Shown here: positions 1-8,772 of the stretch, piece after piece
Layout of the letters: each line of letters begins with the position of its first letter
Numbering within the stretch: the first letter of the stretch is position 1
Assembly: GCA_030835005.1 (NCBI GenBank)
Contig: JAUQWT010000279.1
Location: 1 to 35,060 of the forward strand
Direction: 5' to 3'
Length of the DNA: 35,060 bases
Origin: Ignavibacteria bacterium
GTDB taxonomy: Bacteria > Bacteroidota > Ignavibacteria > Tepidaquicellales > OLB5
The notes under the pieces: model-generated
Seen by the model: only the letters and a program-made list of their open reading frames with translations
Databases searched by the model: none
What the model was told of the DNA's origin: nothing
Position numbers and translations under genes: made by a program

Positions 1-522
1 CTTGAAGAATTTCCGGCCTTTGAATACTGTCTTGGCAATTGAGGGCAGCAAACCTACTATAGGTATTCCGCCGGCATTGGCAAGAAGATCGGATACTATC
101 GTACCGTCTTCAAGGAAAGGGATATTATCTTTTGCAATAGTAACCTGTGGATGAGTTTTCTGCCAATACACCGTGTAAGCGATATCGAATGTGGGAAACT
201 GGATCTTGTATTTTTCCCTCAGGTTTTTCCTTAGGTGGTATAATGATGTTTCGGCCTCGCGGAACGGCTGCAGCTCAAAATCAGTACAAGACCAGACCAC
301 TTCTGGATATTCTTCAGTAAGTATTCTGCCGAGCTCTTTTCTTAAAGTTGATTTGCCAATGCCGCCTACGCCATAATACGAAAGTACAGAATATTCCTTT
401 TTGCTCTCAAACTGAAGCTTTTTCCTGAAAATTTCTGTATATCCTTCTCTGTCAGTGAATTGCCTTCCTGCCGGTGTGATGTTTGCTTCCTTTGTTATAT
501 TATGTTTTGGCTTTATCGGCAT
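1..522 (-). CDS. P-loop NTPase, N-terminal part (STAND/NB-ARC-like Walker A); gene continues beyond the left window edge
   Basis: Minus-strand frame is open from the ATG at 522-520 to position 1 (174 codons). It has no stop in the window, so it is absent from the ORF track. My translation: MPIKPKHNITKEANITPAGRQFTDREGYTEIFRKKLQFESKKEYSVLSYYGVGGIGKSTLRKELGRILTEEYPEVVW... GVGGIGKST (about 346-372) is a GxGGxGK(S/T) Walker A of the STAND/NB-ARC type. Confidence 0.6.
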   Translation of the reverse strand, partial: MPIKPKHNITKEANITPAGRQFTDREGYTEIFRKKLQFESKKEYSVLSYYGVGGIGKSTLRKELGRILTEEYPEVVWSCTDFELQPFREAETSLYHLRKNLREKYKIQFPTFDIAYTVYWQKTHPQVTIAKDNIPFLEDGTIVSDLLANAGGIPIVGLLPSIAKTVFKGRKFFK

Positions 523-634
523 TTAGGTTTACATTCAAATTTATGACTTTTTGAATTCAAAAGGCAGTATAAATAGAAATGCCCACTTGGATTCATAACT
601 TTCAAATGGGCTTCAATCTACAATCACATAAGCT

Positions 635-823
635 TTACAAACCAAGCTTATCTTTCGCCATATCAGCAAGTCCGCCAAGATTTCCACTTAGCAGCCCGTC
701 TATCTGCCCACCTACTCCGGGTATTTTATCTTTCAGAAAACCGAGAACAGTATCAACTGCGCCCTTAGCCTGCTCTGCTGAAATTCCGGTTTTTTCTGTG
801 ACCAACTTAATTAATTGCTCCAT
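635..823 (-). CDS. small conserved-looking hypothetical protein (62 aa, helical, Gly-rich C-terminus)
   Basis: ORF MEQLIKLVTEKTGISAEQAKGAVDTVLGFLKDKIPGVGG... has non-degenerate composition. A purine-rich GAAGGGAA lies about 10 nt upstream of the ATG. The overlapping plus-strand 92-aa ORF is Pro/Ser-rich and looks like an antisense artefact. Confidence 0.5.
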   Translation of the reverse strand: MEQLIKLVTEKTGISAEQAKGAVDTVLGFLKDKIPGVGGQIDGLLSGNLGGLADMAKDKLGL

Positions 824-1339
824 TTTGCTTGTTCCCTTCGTTTATTACCTGAAGTAAAAATTACCTCTCTTTATGCATATCATTTGAAACTAAGCATAAT
901 GGATTGATTAGTAAACTCAATTCGGCATCACTTAACAGGTAAACAAGTTATATTGATTGATAAAACAGAATGCAACTGATGTGTCTTGTGAAATGATGAT
1001 GATTTGGACACTGTATTATCGAGAAAAATCCCCTCCTTTTTGCCAATTGTGTTGTTATTTTCACAAAGATCATTGTATCCAGGATATATCATGAGAGATA
1101 ATCCATCCTTCTGCCTTTCGAATCAGTATTATCGGCAAATGTATATGAAAAATAATAGCTAAGAGATGAATTTGAGTTGATTTTTTTCCTATTACATTTA
1201 ATTCTTAATAATTATATTTGATAAAATCAACTGAAGCGTTGTAAAGTTGTGATGAATACGTGACTTACGCGAGATCATTGATACAAAATTGATTGAATAA
1301 TTCTAGCCGAAACAACTGAAATTATTCAATTTAAGTATT

Positions 1340-1422
1340 GCGGGAATGGCGAAATTGGCAGACGCACCATCTTGAGGGGGTGGCGCTCACAAGGCATGGG
1401 GGTTCAAGTCCCCCTTCCCGCA
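1340..1422 (+). tRNA. tRNA-Leu (anticodon GAG), class II with long variable arm
   Basis: Hand-folded cloverleaf. Acceptor stem is GCGGGAA/TTCCCGC. D stem is 3 bp (GCG/CGC) with GG in the loop. Anticodon stem is CCATC/GGTGG with loop TTGAGGG (U33, GAG, G37). Variable arm is 14 nt. T arm is GGGGG-TTCAAGT-CCCCC. Discriminator is A and no CCA is encoded. Confidence 0.85.
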
Positions 1423-1430
1423 CGAAAAAA

Positions 1431-1456
1431 GGAGAATCGAGAGATTCTCCTTTTTT
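1431..1456. terminator. intrinsic terminator, bidirectional (after tRNA-Leu on + and after the 61-aa ORF on -)
   Basis: GGAGAATC-GAGA-GATTCTCC perfect 8-bp stem, flanked by A6 upstream and T6 downstream. Confidence 0.7.
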
Positions 1457-1478
1457 GTATATACATAAATGCAAAGTG

Positions 1479-1664
1479 TTATTTCTTACGGGTGAAGTTG
1501 GTCGAATCGTTCTGATTTCCGTTCTTTATTTTGAGGTTGAAATAATCTTGTTTTACTTTTCTTGCCCATAAATTATCTTTTATAGAAAGTGTATCTCCGT
1601 TAGTGAATATCCATATATATGGATCAAATCCTTCTTTTTCAAACTGCTGCCATTTTGATCTCAT
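1479..1664 (-). CDS. hypothetical small protein (61 aa)
   Basis: ORF only. It lies downstream of, and in the same orientation as, the lipoprotein gene, and ends just before the bidirectional terminator. I recognise no motif. Confidence 0.35.
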   Translation of the reverse strand: MRSKWQQFEKEGFDPYIWIFTNGDTLSIKDNLWARKVKQDYFNLKIKNGNQNDSTNFTRKK

Positions 1665-1695
1665 TAATGTAATTGCCTTTCTAAGTTTTCATTTA

Positions 1696-2391
1696 TCAGT
1701 CCGGGATACCATCTTTATTGTTATCCAGAAATGCGCTCTTAAATGAATTCTTGATATTGTTATCAATAGTATTTACATTTTGCGCATTATTTGGGTCAAG
1801 AATAGTTGTGCCGCTGGTGAACCATGTAGATTTGTTAAATACTATTGTTAAGTTTTCGTTTTTCAGATTTATATTTGTTGATTTATTAAGATCTATAACA
1901 ATATCCATCGACTTCTTCGATTTATAAACAAAAGGTGTTCCGTTGTATGTACCTCTTACAATAAAAGAATATCTTTGGTTTTCCCCCGGACCGTCTATGA
2001 ATTCTGGATCAGGCACTGATTGGTTATCTTCCGCTTTGTGTACTTCGAATTTTACTTTAGTATAAACATCTCTTACAACATAACCTTTCATCAGCTCCTT
2101 TAAACTTCCATCCAGAGTCAGGTACAATACATATGGTCCCGGATGGTGAAGCTGGTTTAAGCCATCTCTTTCTCTTTCATACTGAATGTCTGTTATTAAA
2201 GCTTTTGCTTCTGAGATAAGAACACCGGCCAAAGGGTTATCAAATACGTTATCGTCGGCCTTTGTGTTCACGCTTAACTCTGTGGCACCACTTGGTAAAA
2301 CTATATCACCGCCAATATCACACCCTGCAATTAGAAATGGTGCTGTTAAGATCAGTATAACTAGAGCTTTCTTGATTTTGTTTTTCTTCAT
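1696..2391 (-). CDS. lipoprotein of unknown function
   Basis: N-terminus MKKNKIKKALVILILTAPFLIAGC has a lipobox (LIAG|C). The mature part is beta-rich and Asn-rich. Confidence 0.75.
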   Translation of the reverse strand: MKKNKIKKALVILILTAPFLIAGCDIGGDIVLPSGATELSVNTKADDNVFDNPLAGVLISEAKALITDIQYERERDGLNQLHHPGPYVLYLTLDGSLKELMKGYVVRDVYTKVKFEVHKAEDNQSVPDPEFIDGPGENQRYSFIVRGTYNGTPFVYKSKKSMDIVIDLNKSTNINLKNENLTIVFNKSTWFTSGTTILDPNNAQNVNTIDNNIKNSFKSAFLDNNKDGIPD

Positions 2392-2419
2392 TATTGATTA
2401 ATTATATCGTTGAATTTAA

Positions 2420-2878
2420 TTATTGTATTTTCCCTGTTTTTGAAAACTCACTTGTTACAATGGAATAATAGTAAGAACCGTTTGAAAATTTTGACCTGTT
2501 CCACTTTACGACATGATTTCCTCTTCCGAAATTGCTTTTGGTTATTTCATCAATAGATTTTCCCGTCTTATCATATATCTTAATGCTTACAAATCCCGGA
2601 TTCAGCAAAGTAAATCTCAATGAAGCACTGTTAGCCGTTTCATCATTCTCAAAGTCATCTGCCGGCATAAAACCTTTCGAGGTGCTCATCATATCTTCAT
2701 GTCTGCTTTTTAGATCATCCTCAAACGAGTATTCCGCAGTTTCCCCGGAAATGATGACCTCTGATAACAGACTGTTCTTATTACTAAGCTCGTTTTGTAT
2801 ATCTTGCTGCGAAAATGCGGTGGATGATGCAAAGATCATTGATAGCACCAGGAATATATAATTGTTTGTTGTTTTCAT
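2420..2878 (-). CDS. small secreted protein that is essentially signal peptide + acidic linker + T9SS C-terminal sorting domain
   Basis: Signal peptide is MKTTNNYIFLVLSMIFASSTAFSQQ. The C-terminal roughly 80 aa (LRFTLLNPGFVSIKIYDKTGKSIDE...GSYYYSIVT...) match the T9SS CTD pattern seen in the neighbouring genes. Confidence 0.7.
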   Translation of the reverse strand: MKTTNNYIFLVLSMIFASSTAFSQQDIQNELSNKNSLLSEVIISGETAEYSFEDDLKSRHEDMMSTSKGFMPADDFENDETANSASLRFTLLNPGFVSIKIYDKTGKSIDEITKSNFGRGNHVVKWNRSKFSNGSYYYSIVTSEFSKTGKIQ

Positions 2879-2938
2879 TATTCTCGTATTCTATTTAACC
2901 AGAAGCCCCGACTAACCGGGATTTTTATTAAGTAATTC

Positions 2939-4135
2939 TTACTTAATCAATAACATTTTTTTGGTTTCTCTGAAATCTTCGGCGGTAATTGTATAAAAGT
3001 ATGTTCCGCTTGAATAGTTTGAAGCATTCCAGTTTACTTCGTAAGTACCTGCCTTCATTTCATCATTTAAAAGCTCTTCTACTCTTTTGCCGGTTACATC
3101 ATAGATCGAAATGTTTACTGCGCCCTGCTTGTTCAATCCGAATTTTATAGTAGTTGTGGGATTAAAGGGATTTGGAAAATTTTGTGATAAAGAAATTTCG
3201 TTCGGAATTTGACTGGATGACGAAGATAGGCCGACAAGATCACCGATCTGTCTTCTGTAAACGCCATTAGCAGAAGCGCCTGCAAATATGAAGTTATTTA
3301 CTACACGTAATGAATGAATTGTTATGTTGCCTAACCCCTCATTTCTTTGAATCCAGCTGATTCCGCCATTATCCGATATATAAATACCATGCAACTCAGT
3401 ACCCGCAAATACACTGCTTCCATCTACTGCTAATGCATAAACCAACTCGTTGTTTAGGGAGGAATGTGTCCAGGTTGTTCCTCTATCAGTTGAATAATAC
3501 ACGCCGCTTCCTGTACCTGCATATATATTATCTCCGTTCATGGCAAGAGAATATACTGTTTTGTTGTTTAAGGTTGTTGAGCTCCAGTTGTTACCGTTAT
3601 TTGTTGATATGTATACTCCGGCAGCATTGCCGCACCCGGCAACAAGAAAGTTTCCGTCAATTGCCAGTGCCTTTACGCTCGTAGCGCTAAGCGAGCTGAT
3701 AAACCAGCCGGTTCCCCCTGAAGAATAGAACAAACCGGAATTATGTGAACCGACAAAGACACGCGATTGGTTTGAGGCCAATGAATACATTGTAGTATTG
3801 TTCAGTGATGTGTAGCTCCAGTAAGCTCCGTTATTTGATGTTCTCCACACTCCAAGCTCACATGCTGCATACAGGTAACCGCCGAATTCTGTCATGGCAT
3901 ATGTAATATTAAAATAATTGACTCCAGCCGGACTCCAGTTTGTACCATTGTTTGAGGACAGGTATATTCCATGATTAGAGGATCCTGCATAAATGTAATT
4001 GACATTGTTATATAATGAGAAAACAGGCCTGTTACCTAATCCAGTTGAAATGTTTTCCCATTGCGCGCTTGAATCACCAATCATCAGTACAAAGGCAAGA
4101 AAGATAATCAAGAATAATATTCTGGAGGTTTTCAT
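2939..4135 (-). CDS. BNR/Asp-box repeat beta-propeller protein with T9SS C-terminal sorting domain
   Basis: Signal peptide present. Repeated SxxxGxxW boxes (SSNNGTNWS, TSNNGAYWS, STNNGNNWS, STDRGTTWT, SDNGGISWI). CTD is NFPNPFNPTTTIKF...GTYFYTITAEDFRETKKMLLIK. Confidence 0.85.
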   Translation of the reverse strand: MKTSRILFLIIFLAFVLMIGDSSAQWENISTGLGNRPVFSLYNNVNYIYAGSSNHGIYLSSNNGTNWSPAGVNYFNITYAMTEFGGYLYAACELGVWRTSNNGAYWSYTSLNNTTMYSLASNQSRVFVGSHNSGLFYSSGGTGWFISSLSATSVKALAIDGNFLVAGCGNAAGVYISTNNGNNWSSTTLNNKTVYSLAMNGDNIYAGTGSGVYYSTDRGTTWTHSSLNNELVYALAVDGSSVFAGTELHGIYISDNGGISWIQRNEGLGNITIHSLRVVNNFIFAGASANGVYRRQIGDLVGLSSSSSQIPNEISLSQNFPNPFNPTTTIKFGLNKQGAVNISIYDVTGKRVEELLNDEMKAGTYEVNWNASNYSSGTYFYTITAEDFRETKKMLLIK

Positions 4136-4180
4136 TTTTTATATTATGTTTAAGCGATTATTAACTTTGAGTTACTGTTT

Positions 4181-4219
4181 AAAAGTACCGGGCTTTTATC
4201 TGATAAAATAAAAGCCCGG
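4181..4219 (-). terminator. intrinsic terminator after the 451-aa gene
   Basis: 10-bp stem CCGGGCTTTT / AAAAGCCCGG (4188-4197 / 4210-4219). On the minus strand it is followed by TACTTTT. Confidence 0.5.
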
Positions 4220-4230
4220 CGTAAAATAAA

Positions 4231-5586
4231 TTACTTAACTAAGATCATCTTTCTTATTTGAACTTCATCATTGGTTTTCAGCATGTAATAATATACTCCG
4301 CTTGCAAGGTTTGAAGCATTGAAACTATATGAGTAACTTCCGGCTGCAAGATTTTCATTTACCATTTGAGAGACTTCTTTGCCTGTTTCATCAAATGCTG
4401 TTAACTTCACTAAACCTGCTTCGGGAATACTGAATTTTATTGTTGTTGATGGATTGAATGGGTTTGGATAATTTTGTCCCAAATAGTAATCTTTTGGAAT
4501 AATTCCATTTGATTGATTCAATCCGGTAAGTGCAAGCCCATCCCATTGTGCGACGTTTGTGTACGGTGAACTGAAGATGCCGCCGCAAACAAGCTTACCA
4601 TTGAAAATGCATGTTGCAAAAGCCCCGCAGGCATTACCGTAACCAAAACCGCTGCCAAGACCTGACCATGCCGCACCATTCCATTTAGCAATACCGTTTA
4701 CAGTTTGTCCGCCGGCAATTGTGTATAATCCTGCTGCATAAACGTCGGTACCATAAACTAAAATCGAAAATACATAAGGATATGTCCCGCCTCCGACTCC
4801 GCTGCCAAGATTTGACCATGATGAGCCATCCCAGCTTGAAATGCACTGATACGAAGCAGATAATCCGCCGGCATATAATTTACCATTGCCGGAAGCTACC
4901 GCATAAACAATACCACTAATTCCAGGACCTATTTGTGACCAGTTTGAACCGTCCCACTGTGCAACGTGGCTTGCGGAAACGCCGCCAGCCGTTGTAAAAA
5001 AACCGCCGGCAATCAATTTATTATTATATGTTGTTAGTGCCATAACCTGAGAATTCGTCCCGCTTCCAAGTGCAGCCCATCCGCCGTTGCTGTTCCATTT
5101 TGCAATTCGATTTACACTAATGTTCTCTACCATGGTAAAATACCCGCCAACTATCAGATCACCGTTATATACGGCAAATGCTGAAACAATACTGTTGGGT
5201 CCGCCGCTAACATCAGACCACTCAATGCCATCCCATTGTGCGATATTTTTCATTTCCAGCCCGCCTGCCAATGTAAATGATCCACCAACAATTAATTTCC
5301 CATCATATACAATCATTGCATTTACTGTTCCGTTTATACCGCCAAAATCACTCCATGAAGTCCCATCGAATTTTTTAACACCGTGTCCGCCGTTTCCGCC
5401 TTGCTCACCGGCATACAGTTCATTGTTATAAACGACTAATGAATACAGCCAATTTGTCCCGCCGCCAATAGGAGCCCAGTTTTGAGAATAAGACTGAAAT
5501 GTAAGTATCGAAATCAATGCTAATGCACTCAGGATTCGATAGAAGATCTTTACCGGCTTTGAAATAGTGTTGGTTTTTGTCATCAT
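4231..5586 (-). CDS. secreted repeat beta-propeller protein (about 7 W-D/N-G-x-x-W-S-x-x-G-x-G repeats) with T9SS C-terminal sorting domain
   Basis: Signal/anchor N-terminus. Seven copies of a repeat roughly 45 aa long (KKFDGTSWSDFGG, AQWDGIEWSDVSGG, AKWNSNGGWAALGSG, AQWDGSNWSQIGPG, SSWDGSSWSNLGSG, AKWNGAAWSGLGSG, AQWDGLALTGL). CTD is NYPNPFNPSTTIKF...GVYYYMLKTNDEVQIRKMILVK. Confidence 0.85.
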   Translation of the reverse strand: MMTKTNTISKPVKIFYRILSALALISILTFQSYSQNWAPIGGGTNWLYSLVVYNNELYAGEQGGNGGHGVKKFDGTSWSDFGGINGTVNAMIVYDGKLIVGGSFTLAGGLEMKNIAQWDGIEWSDVSGGPNSIVSAFAVYNGDLIVGGYFTMVENISVNRIAKWNSNGGWAALGSGTNSQVMALTTYNNKLIAGGFFTTAGGVSASHVAQWDGSNWSQIGPGISGIVYAVASGNGKLYAGGLSASYQCISSWDGSSWSNLGSGVGGGTYPYVFSILVYGTDVYAAGLYTIAGGQTVNGIAKWNGAAWSGLGSGFGYGNACGAFATCIFNGKLVCGGIFSSPYTNVAQWDGLALTGLNQSNGIIPKDYYLGQNYPNPFNPSTTIKFSIPEAGLVKLTAFDETGKEVSQMVNENLAAGSYSYSFNASNLASGVYYYMLKTNDEVQIRKMILVK

Positions 5587-5770
5587 TTTATTGTTCTTTA
5601 TGATTATTAAATTTCTATTTTCTTTGTTCCTGGTGAGCTACACAATTGTTCCTTTAGTCAGAATAGACCGGTATTCAATTGCACATACAAAGTTAGTTCT
5701 GCAAACCTAAAAGCAAGATTAACGGATTCTTAAAAACTGCTAAAAAAGTAAGTAATTATAAAATAAAGGT

Positions 5771-7165
5771 TTAGGCAGTAATATTTCTGCTGAAAGTGAG
5801 TGTGACTGTGGTTCCTTTAAGAGATTCGCTGGAGTAATCGACCTTTATGTTTTGCAGATCAGCCAGTCTTTTCACTATTGCCAGGCCAATTCCGTGTCCT
5901 CCCGCCTCTGTAGAGCGGGCTTCTTCACTTCTATAAAACCGGTCAAAGACTCTTAAGAGTTGCTCTTTGTTCATCCCTATGCCGTAATCCCTGATTGAAC
6001 AAGTGATTTCACTTTCTGAGCTATCTAAAAAGACATCAATTTGCTTGCTTTCGTTTGAGTATTTGATCGCATTTGAAAATAGATTTTCAAAGATTATATC
6101 CAGCAATGATGGGTCGGCTTTAATTGTGTATTTACCGCTATCCGCAAAATTGATATTTATGCTTCTATCTGCAGAATATTCACTTAATCTGAAAATACAG
6201 TACTTAATGCTATGGCTTAGGTCCATTTCTTCAGCTTTATATTCAATCAGAGAACTTTCAAATCTTGCAAGCATTAAAAGCTGATCGATCAATCCGGCTA
6301 TACGGTCAACTTCTTTAATGCAGTAATGTATCTTGTTCTTGTAATGTTCTACCTCTCTTGGCTTACGGATAAGTACTTCCAGTGTACCTTTTATTATTGA
6401 AAGAGGAGTTCTCAGCTCATGAGATGCGTCAGCTGTGAACTGCTTTTCGCGCAGAACTGCGTCTTCGAGCCTGTTCATAAGGCCATTAATTGTCTGTGCC
6501 AGTTTGAATATCTCATCCTTATTTCTGGGCAGTTCAATTCTCTTGCTCAGATCTTCCTTGGTGATGTTTTCGGCTTCTTCGGTAATTCCAATAAGCGGCG
6601 TAATGCTTTTGCCCGCAATATATCTAGTTATAAAAAAAAGAATTATAAGTAAAATCGGGAAGCTTATTATTAACACTATCCTAAGGCTTGCGACCACACC
6701 TGCAGCTCCTTCGAGCGGTACAGCTACGATCACATATCCAATAAGTTTACCATTCTTGTTAAGTATAGGCTTTTGTGTCTGCCTGACCCGTCTATCTGAA
6801 AGATGAGAATTGAAATTATCTGCTGTGCTTGTTCCGGATAGTATTGTTAAGGAAGTATGTTTCAGATTAGGGGTTTTCCTTATTACTTTCTGCTCAACAT
6901 TTATTACTTCTGCGAAAATAGGGTAAACTTCGGCATCCTGGTGCTCTTGTTCGGTCCACTCCGAATCATCGAAGAAGAAAATAGTATCCCGGTTCAAGTC
7001 CATGTCATCTATTATATCAAGTACTTCAAACTCAAGATGATCGTCAAGATTGTCAAATGATGAGTTGTAAACTACCTGATAAATAACAACAAAAACAAGC
7101 AGAGTAATTACCGATGTTGCACTAAGATAGAAAAGGGCTATTCTATTTCTCAGGCTTATATTCAA
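5771..7165 (-). CDS. sensor histidine kinase (two TM segments, HAMP-like linker, HisKA, HATPase_c)
   Basis: H-box ADASHELRTPLS, N-box ENLFSNAIKYS, G-boxes RDYGIGM and GGHGIGLAIVKRL. N-terminal TM helix, a second TM near aa 160-180, and a periplasmic segment of about 130 aa. Confidence 0.9.
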   Translation of the reverse strand: MNISLRNRIALFYLSATSVITLLVFVVIYQVVYNSSFDNLDDHLEFEVLDIIDDMDLNRDTIFFFDDSEWTEQEHQDAEVYPIFAEVINVEQKVIRKTPNLKHTSLTILSGTSTADNFNSHLSDRRVRQTQKPILNKNGKLIGYVIVAVPLEGAAGVVASLRIVLIISFPILLIILFFITRYIAGKSITPLIGITEEAENITKEDLSKRIELPRNKDEIFKLAQTINGLMNRLEDAVLREKQFTADASHELRTPLSIIKGTLEVLIRKPREVEHYKNKIHYCIKEVDRIAGLIDQLLMLARFESSLIEYKAEEMDLSHSIKYCIFRLSEYSADRSININFADSGKYTIKADPSLLDIIFENLFSNAIKYSNESKQIDVFLDSSESEITCSIRDYGIGMNKEQLLRVFDRFYRSEEARSTEAGGHGIGLAIVKRLADLQNIKVDYSSESLKGTTVTLTFSRNITA

Positions 7166-7178
7166 TTGTTAATATCAG

Positions 7179-7850
7179 CTATTCATCACGGGCAATATAT
7201 CCAACACCCCTGATGGTATGTATAAGTTCTTCTTCCTTGCGGTTTGGATTAAGCTTCTTTCTCAGGAAATTTATATAAACATCAATGACTGAGGTATCTG
7301 AATCAAAATGAATATCCCAAACGTGTTCTATTATATTTGTCCGTGTGCAAACTTTTCCTTTATTGCGAATCAGGTATTCAAGCAGTGAAAATTCTTTTGG
7401 TGTCAGCTCTATTTCCTGCGGCCCCCTGAATACTCTATGTGTATCAAGATTCATTTCAATGTTTCCCAGTTTCAGTAATGTCTGCTCTCCGGTTCTGGAT
7501 TTTAGCTGTACTCTTATTCGCGCGAGGAGTTCGTCAAACTCAAAAGGCTTCTTTATGTAGTCATTTGCACCGGCTTCAAGTCCAAAAACAACATCCTGGA
7601 CTGTATCCCTGGCTGTCAGGAAAATAACCGGTGCAGTCTGGTTGAGCTTGCGGAATTCTCTGCAAACCTCAATCCCGCTCAAGCCGGGAAGCATCCAGTC
7701 AAAGATCAATAGATCGTAATCGTTTACAGAGGCTAATTCAAGGCCTTTTCTGCCATCCCCTGCAAAATCAACTGCGAAGCCTTCTTCTTCCAGCCCTTCC
7801 TTAAGAAAGTTCGAAATTCCTTTCTCGTCTTCTACTACAAGAATTCTCAT
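7179..7850 (-). CDS. OmpR-family response regulator (receiver + winged-helix DNA-binding domain)
   Basis: MRILVVEDEKGISNFL..., DLLIFDWMLPGLSG (acceptor Asp), and C-terminal LTPKEFSLLEYL...IHTIRGVGY. I place the start at the internal ATG (7850-7848), which gives the canonical receiver N-terminus. The track ORF extends to 7949. Forms an operon with the kinase 14 nt downstream. Confidence 0.9.
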   Translation of the reverse strand: MRILVVEDEKGISNFLKEGLEEEGFAVDFAGDGRKGLELASVNDYDLLIFDWMLPGLSGIEVCREFRKLNQTAPVIFLTARDTVQDVVFGLEAGANDYIKKPFEFDELLARIRVQLKSRTGEQTLLKLGNIEMNLDTHRVFRGPQEIELTPKEFSLLEYLIRNKGKVCTRTNIIEHVWDIHFDSDTSVIDVYINFLRKKLNPNRKEEELIHTIRGVGYIARDE

Positions 7851-8195
7851 TATTTGTTCAAATTCGCTACTGTCTGAATGAGCGGATTTAATTGTTGGTA
7901 ACTCATCATCTCTAAACGCAACTACCGGCATTTTTTCTGTATCAATCATTTAGTTTTCATCATAGAATAGATACAAAACTAAGCCAAAGATCCTTAAAAC
8001 AGGTTCAATTATTTCTTAAAAATCGCTTAAAATGCCTGCTTCAAAAATAGTTAATTTATGTGAATCAAAATATGATACAAATCAAATAGTTACATGTTAC
8101 TTAGCATTTTGTTCAATATTCTTATATTTATTATGTAAGAAGCGGGAACTTGATGGGGTCTTGAGTATTATCTCAGTTGTTGGGTTTTCTGAGAA

Positions 8196-8222
8196 TAAAA
8201 AGAGAGTCCTCAACCAACTCTC
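8196..8222 (-). terminator. intrinsic terminator after the 88-aa gene
   Basis: Minus strand reads GAGAGT-TGGTTGAGG-ACTCTC followed by TTTTT. Confidence 0.5.
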
Positions 8223-8231
8223 ATTTGTTAT

Positions 8232-8498
8232 CTATCTGAATTCTTCATCATCGTCATCTAGGTCATCTTCTGTAAAGTCTTCCTCGACAAAGAGTTCATC
8301 ATTTAATTTTTCAATGTCTATTTCCTCTTTATAGGCTTCGTCTTCGTGAGCCTCAGGGCTATCAAGCAGCTCGGGGCTGCACTCCGGGCATTCACTGCAC
8401 TCAATGTACTCCGGAATTTCACCGTTAAAATGCTTAGCTTCCTCGCCTTCGAATTCATGAACAAGGCCGCAGCTGCAATGTGTTTTTATTTTTGCCAT
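8232..8498 (-). CDS. small Cys-rich (CxC...CxxCxxC) protein with hyperacidic C-terminal half, unknown function
   Basis: MAKIKTHCSCGLVHEFEGEEAKHFNGEIPEYIECSECPECSPELL... is followed by a D/E-rich tail (…FVEEDFTEDDLDDDDEEFR). Monocistronic, with its own terminator. Confidence 0.6.
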   Translation of the reverse strand: MAKIKTHCSCGLVHEFEGEEAKHFNGEIPEYIECSECPECSPELLDSPEAHEDEAYKEEIDIEKLNDELFVEEDFTEDDLDDDDEEFR

Positions 8499-8691
8499 TC
8501 AAAAAATAAGTTCAAACGGTGTAAAAATAAAGAAACTTTTAAAATGTTTCTATACCTTTTGGAGTTAATTAAAAATAATTAAAAATGATTTATTCGTGTT
8601 GCATTATTAATGCATTTTCAGGATATTATGAATTATTGGCTTCTTTATGTATACTGCGGCAATAAATATGAAGCAGCTGATTTTATACAAT

Positions 8692-8718
8692 ACAAAAAGC
8701 CGCAAGACTCTGCGGCTT
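8692..8718 (-). terminator. intrinsic terminator (minus strand), downstream of the T9SS-CTD remnant
   Basis: Minus strand reads AAGCCGCA-GAGTCT-TGCGGCTT followed by TTTTG. Confidence 0.55.
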
Positions 8719-8772
8719 CATGCTAACTAACCAGAGGAAAAATACCTTAGGTTTATCTTTTGTAACTGGAGT

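Noticed and set aside
191-857. Plus-strand ORFs 191-376 and 579-857
   Set aside because: They are antisense to the P-loop NTPase and to the 62-aa gene respectively, and their composition is low-complexity and Pro/Ser-rich.
1340-1422. Alternative reading of the tRNA as tRNA-Ser(UGA) because TGA occurs in the anticodon loop
   Set aside because: With the 5-bp anticodon stem CCATC/GGTGG, the 7-nt loop is TTGAGGG, which puts GAG at positions 34-36 with U33 and G37. G37 and the 3-bp D stem fit Leu rather than Ser.
1340-5586. Genomic island integrated at tRNA-Leu
   Set aside because: There is no integrase or recombinase gene. I could not find a direct repeat of the tRNA 3' end (GGTTCAAGTCCCCCTTCCCGCA) elsewhere in the window. 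The accessory character of the downstream genes may be real, but an integrative element is not supported.
7851-7949. 33-codon N-terminal extension of the response regulator in the ORF track
   Set aside because: The internal ATG at 7850 gives the canonical MRILVVEDE receiver start. The extension has no counterpart in OmpR-family proteins.
8032-8334. 100-aa plus-strand ORF with a poly-Ser tail
   Set aside because: Its Ser-rich end is the antisense reading of the GAA/GAT-rich acidic tail of the 88-aa minus-strand gene, and its 5' part covers that gene's terminator. Artefact.
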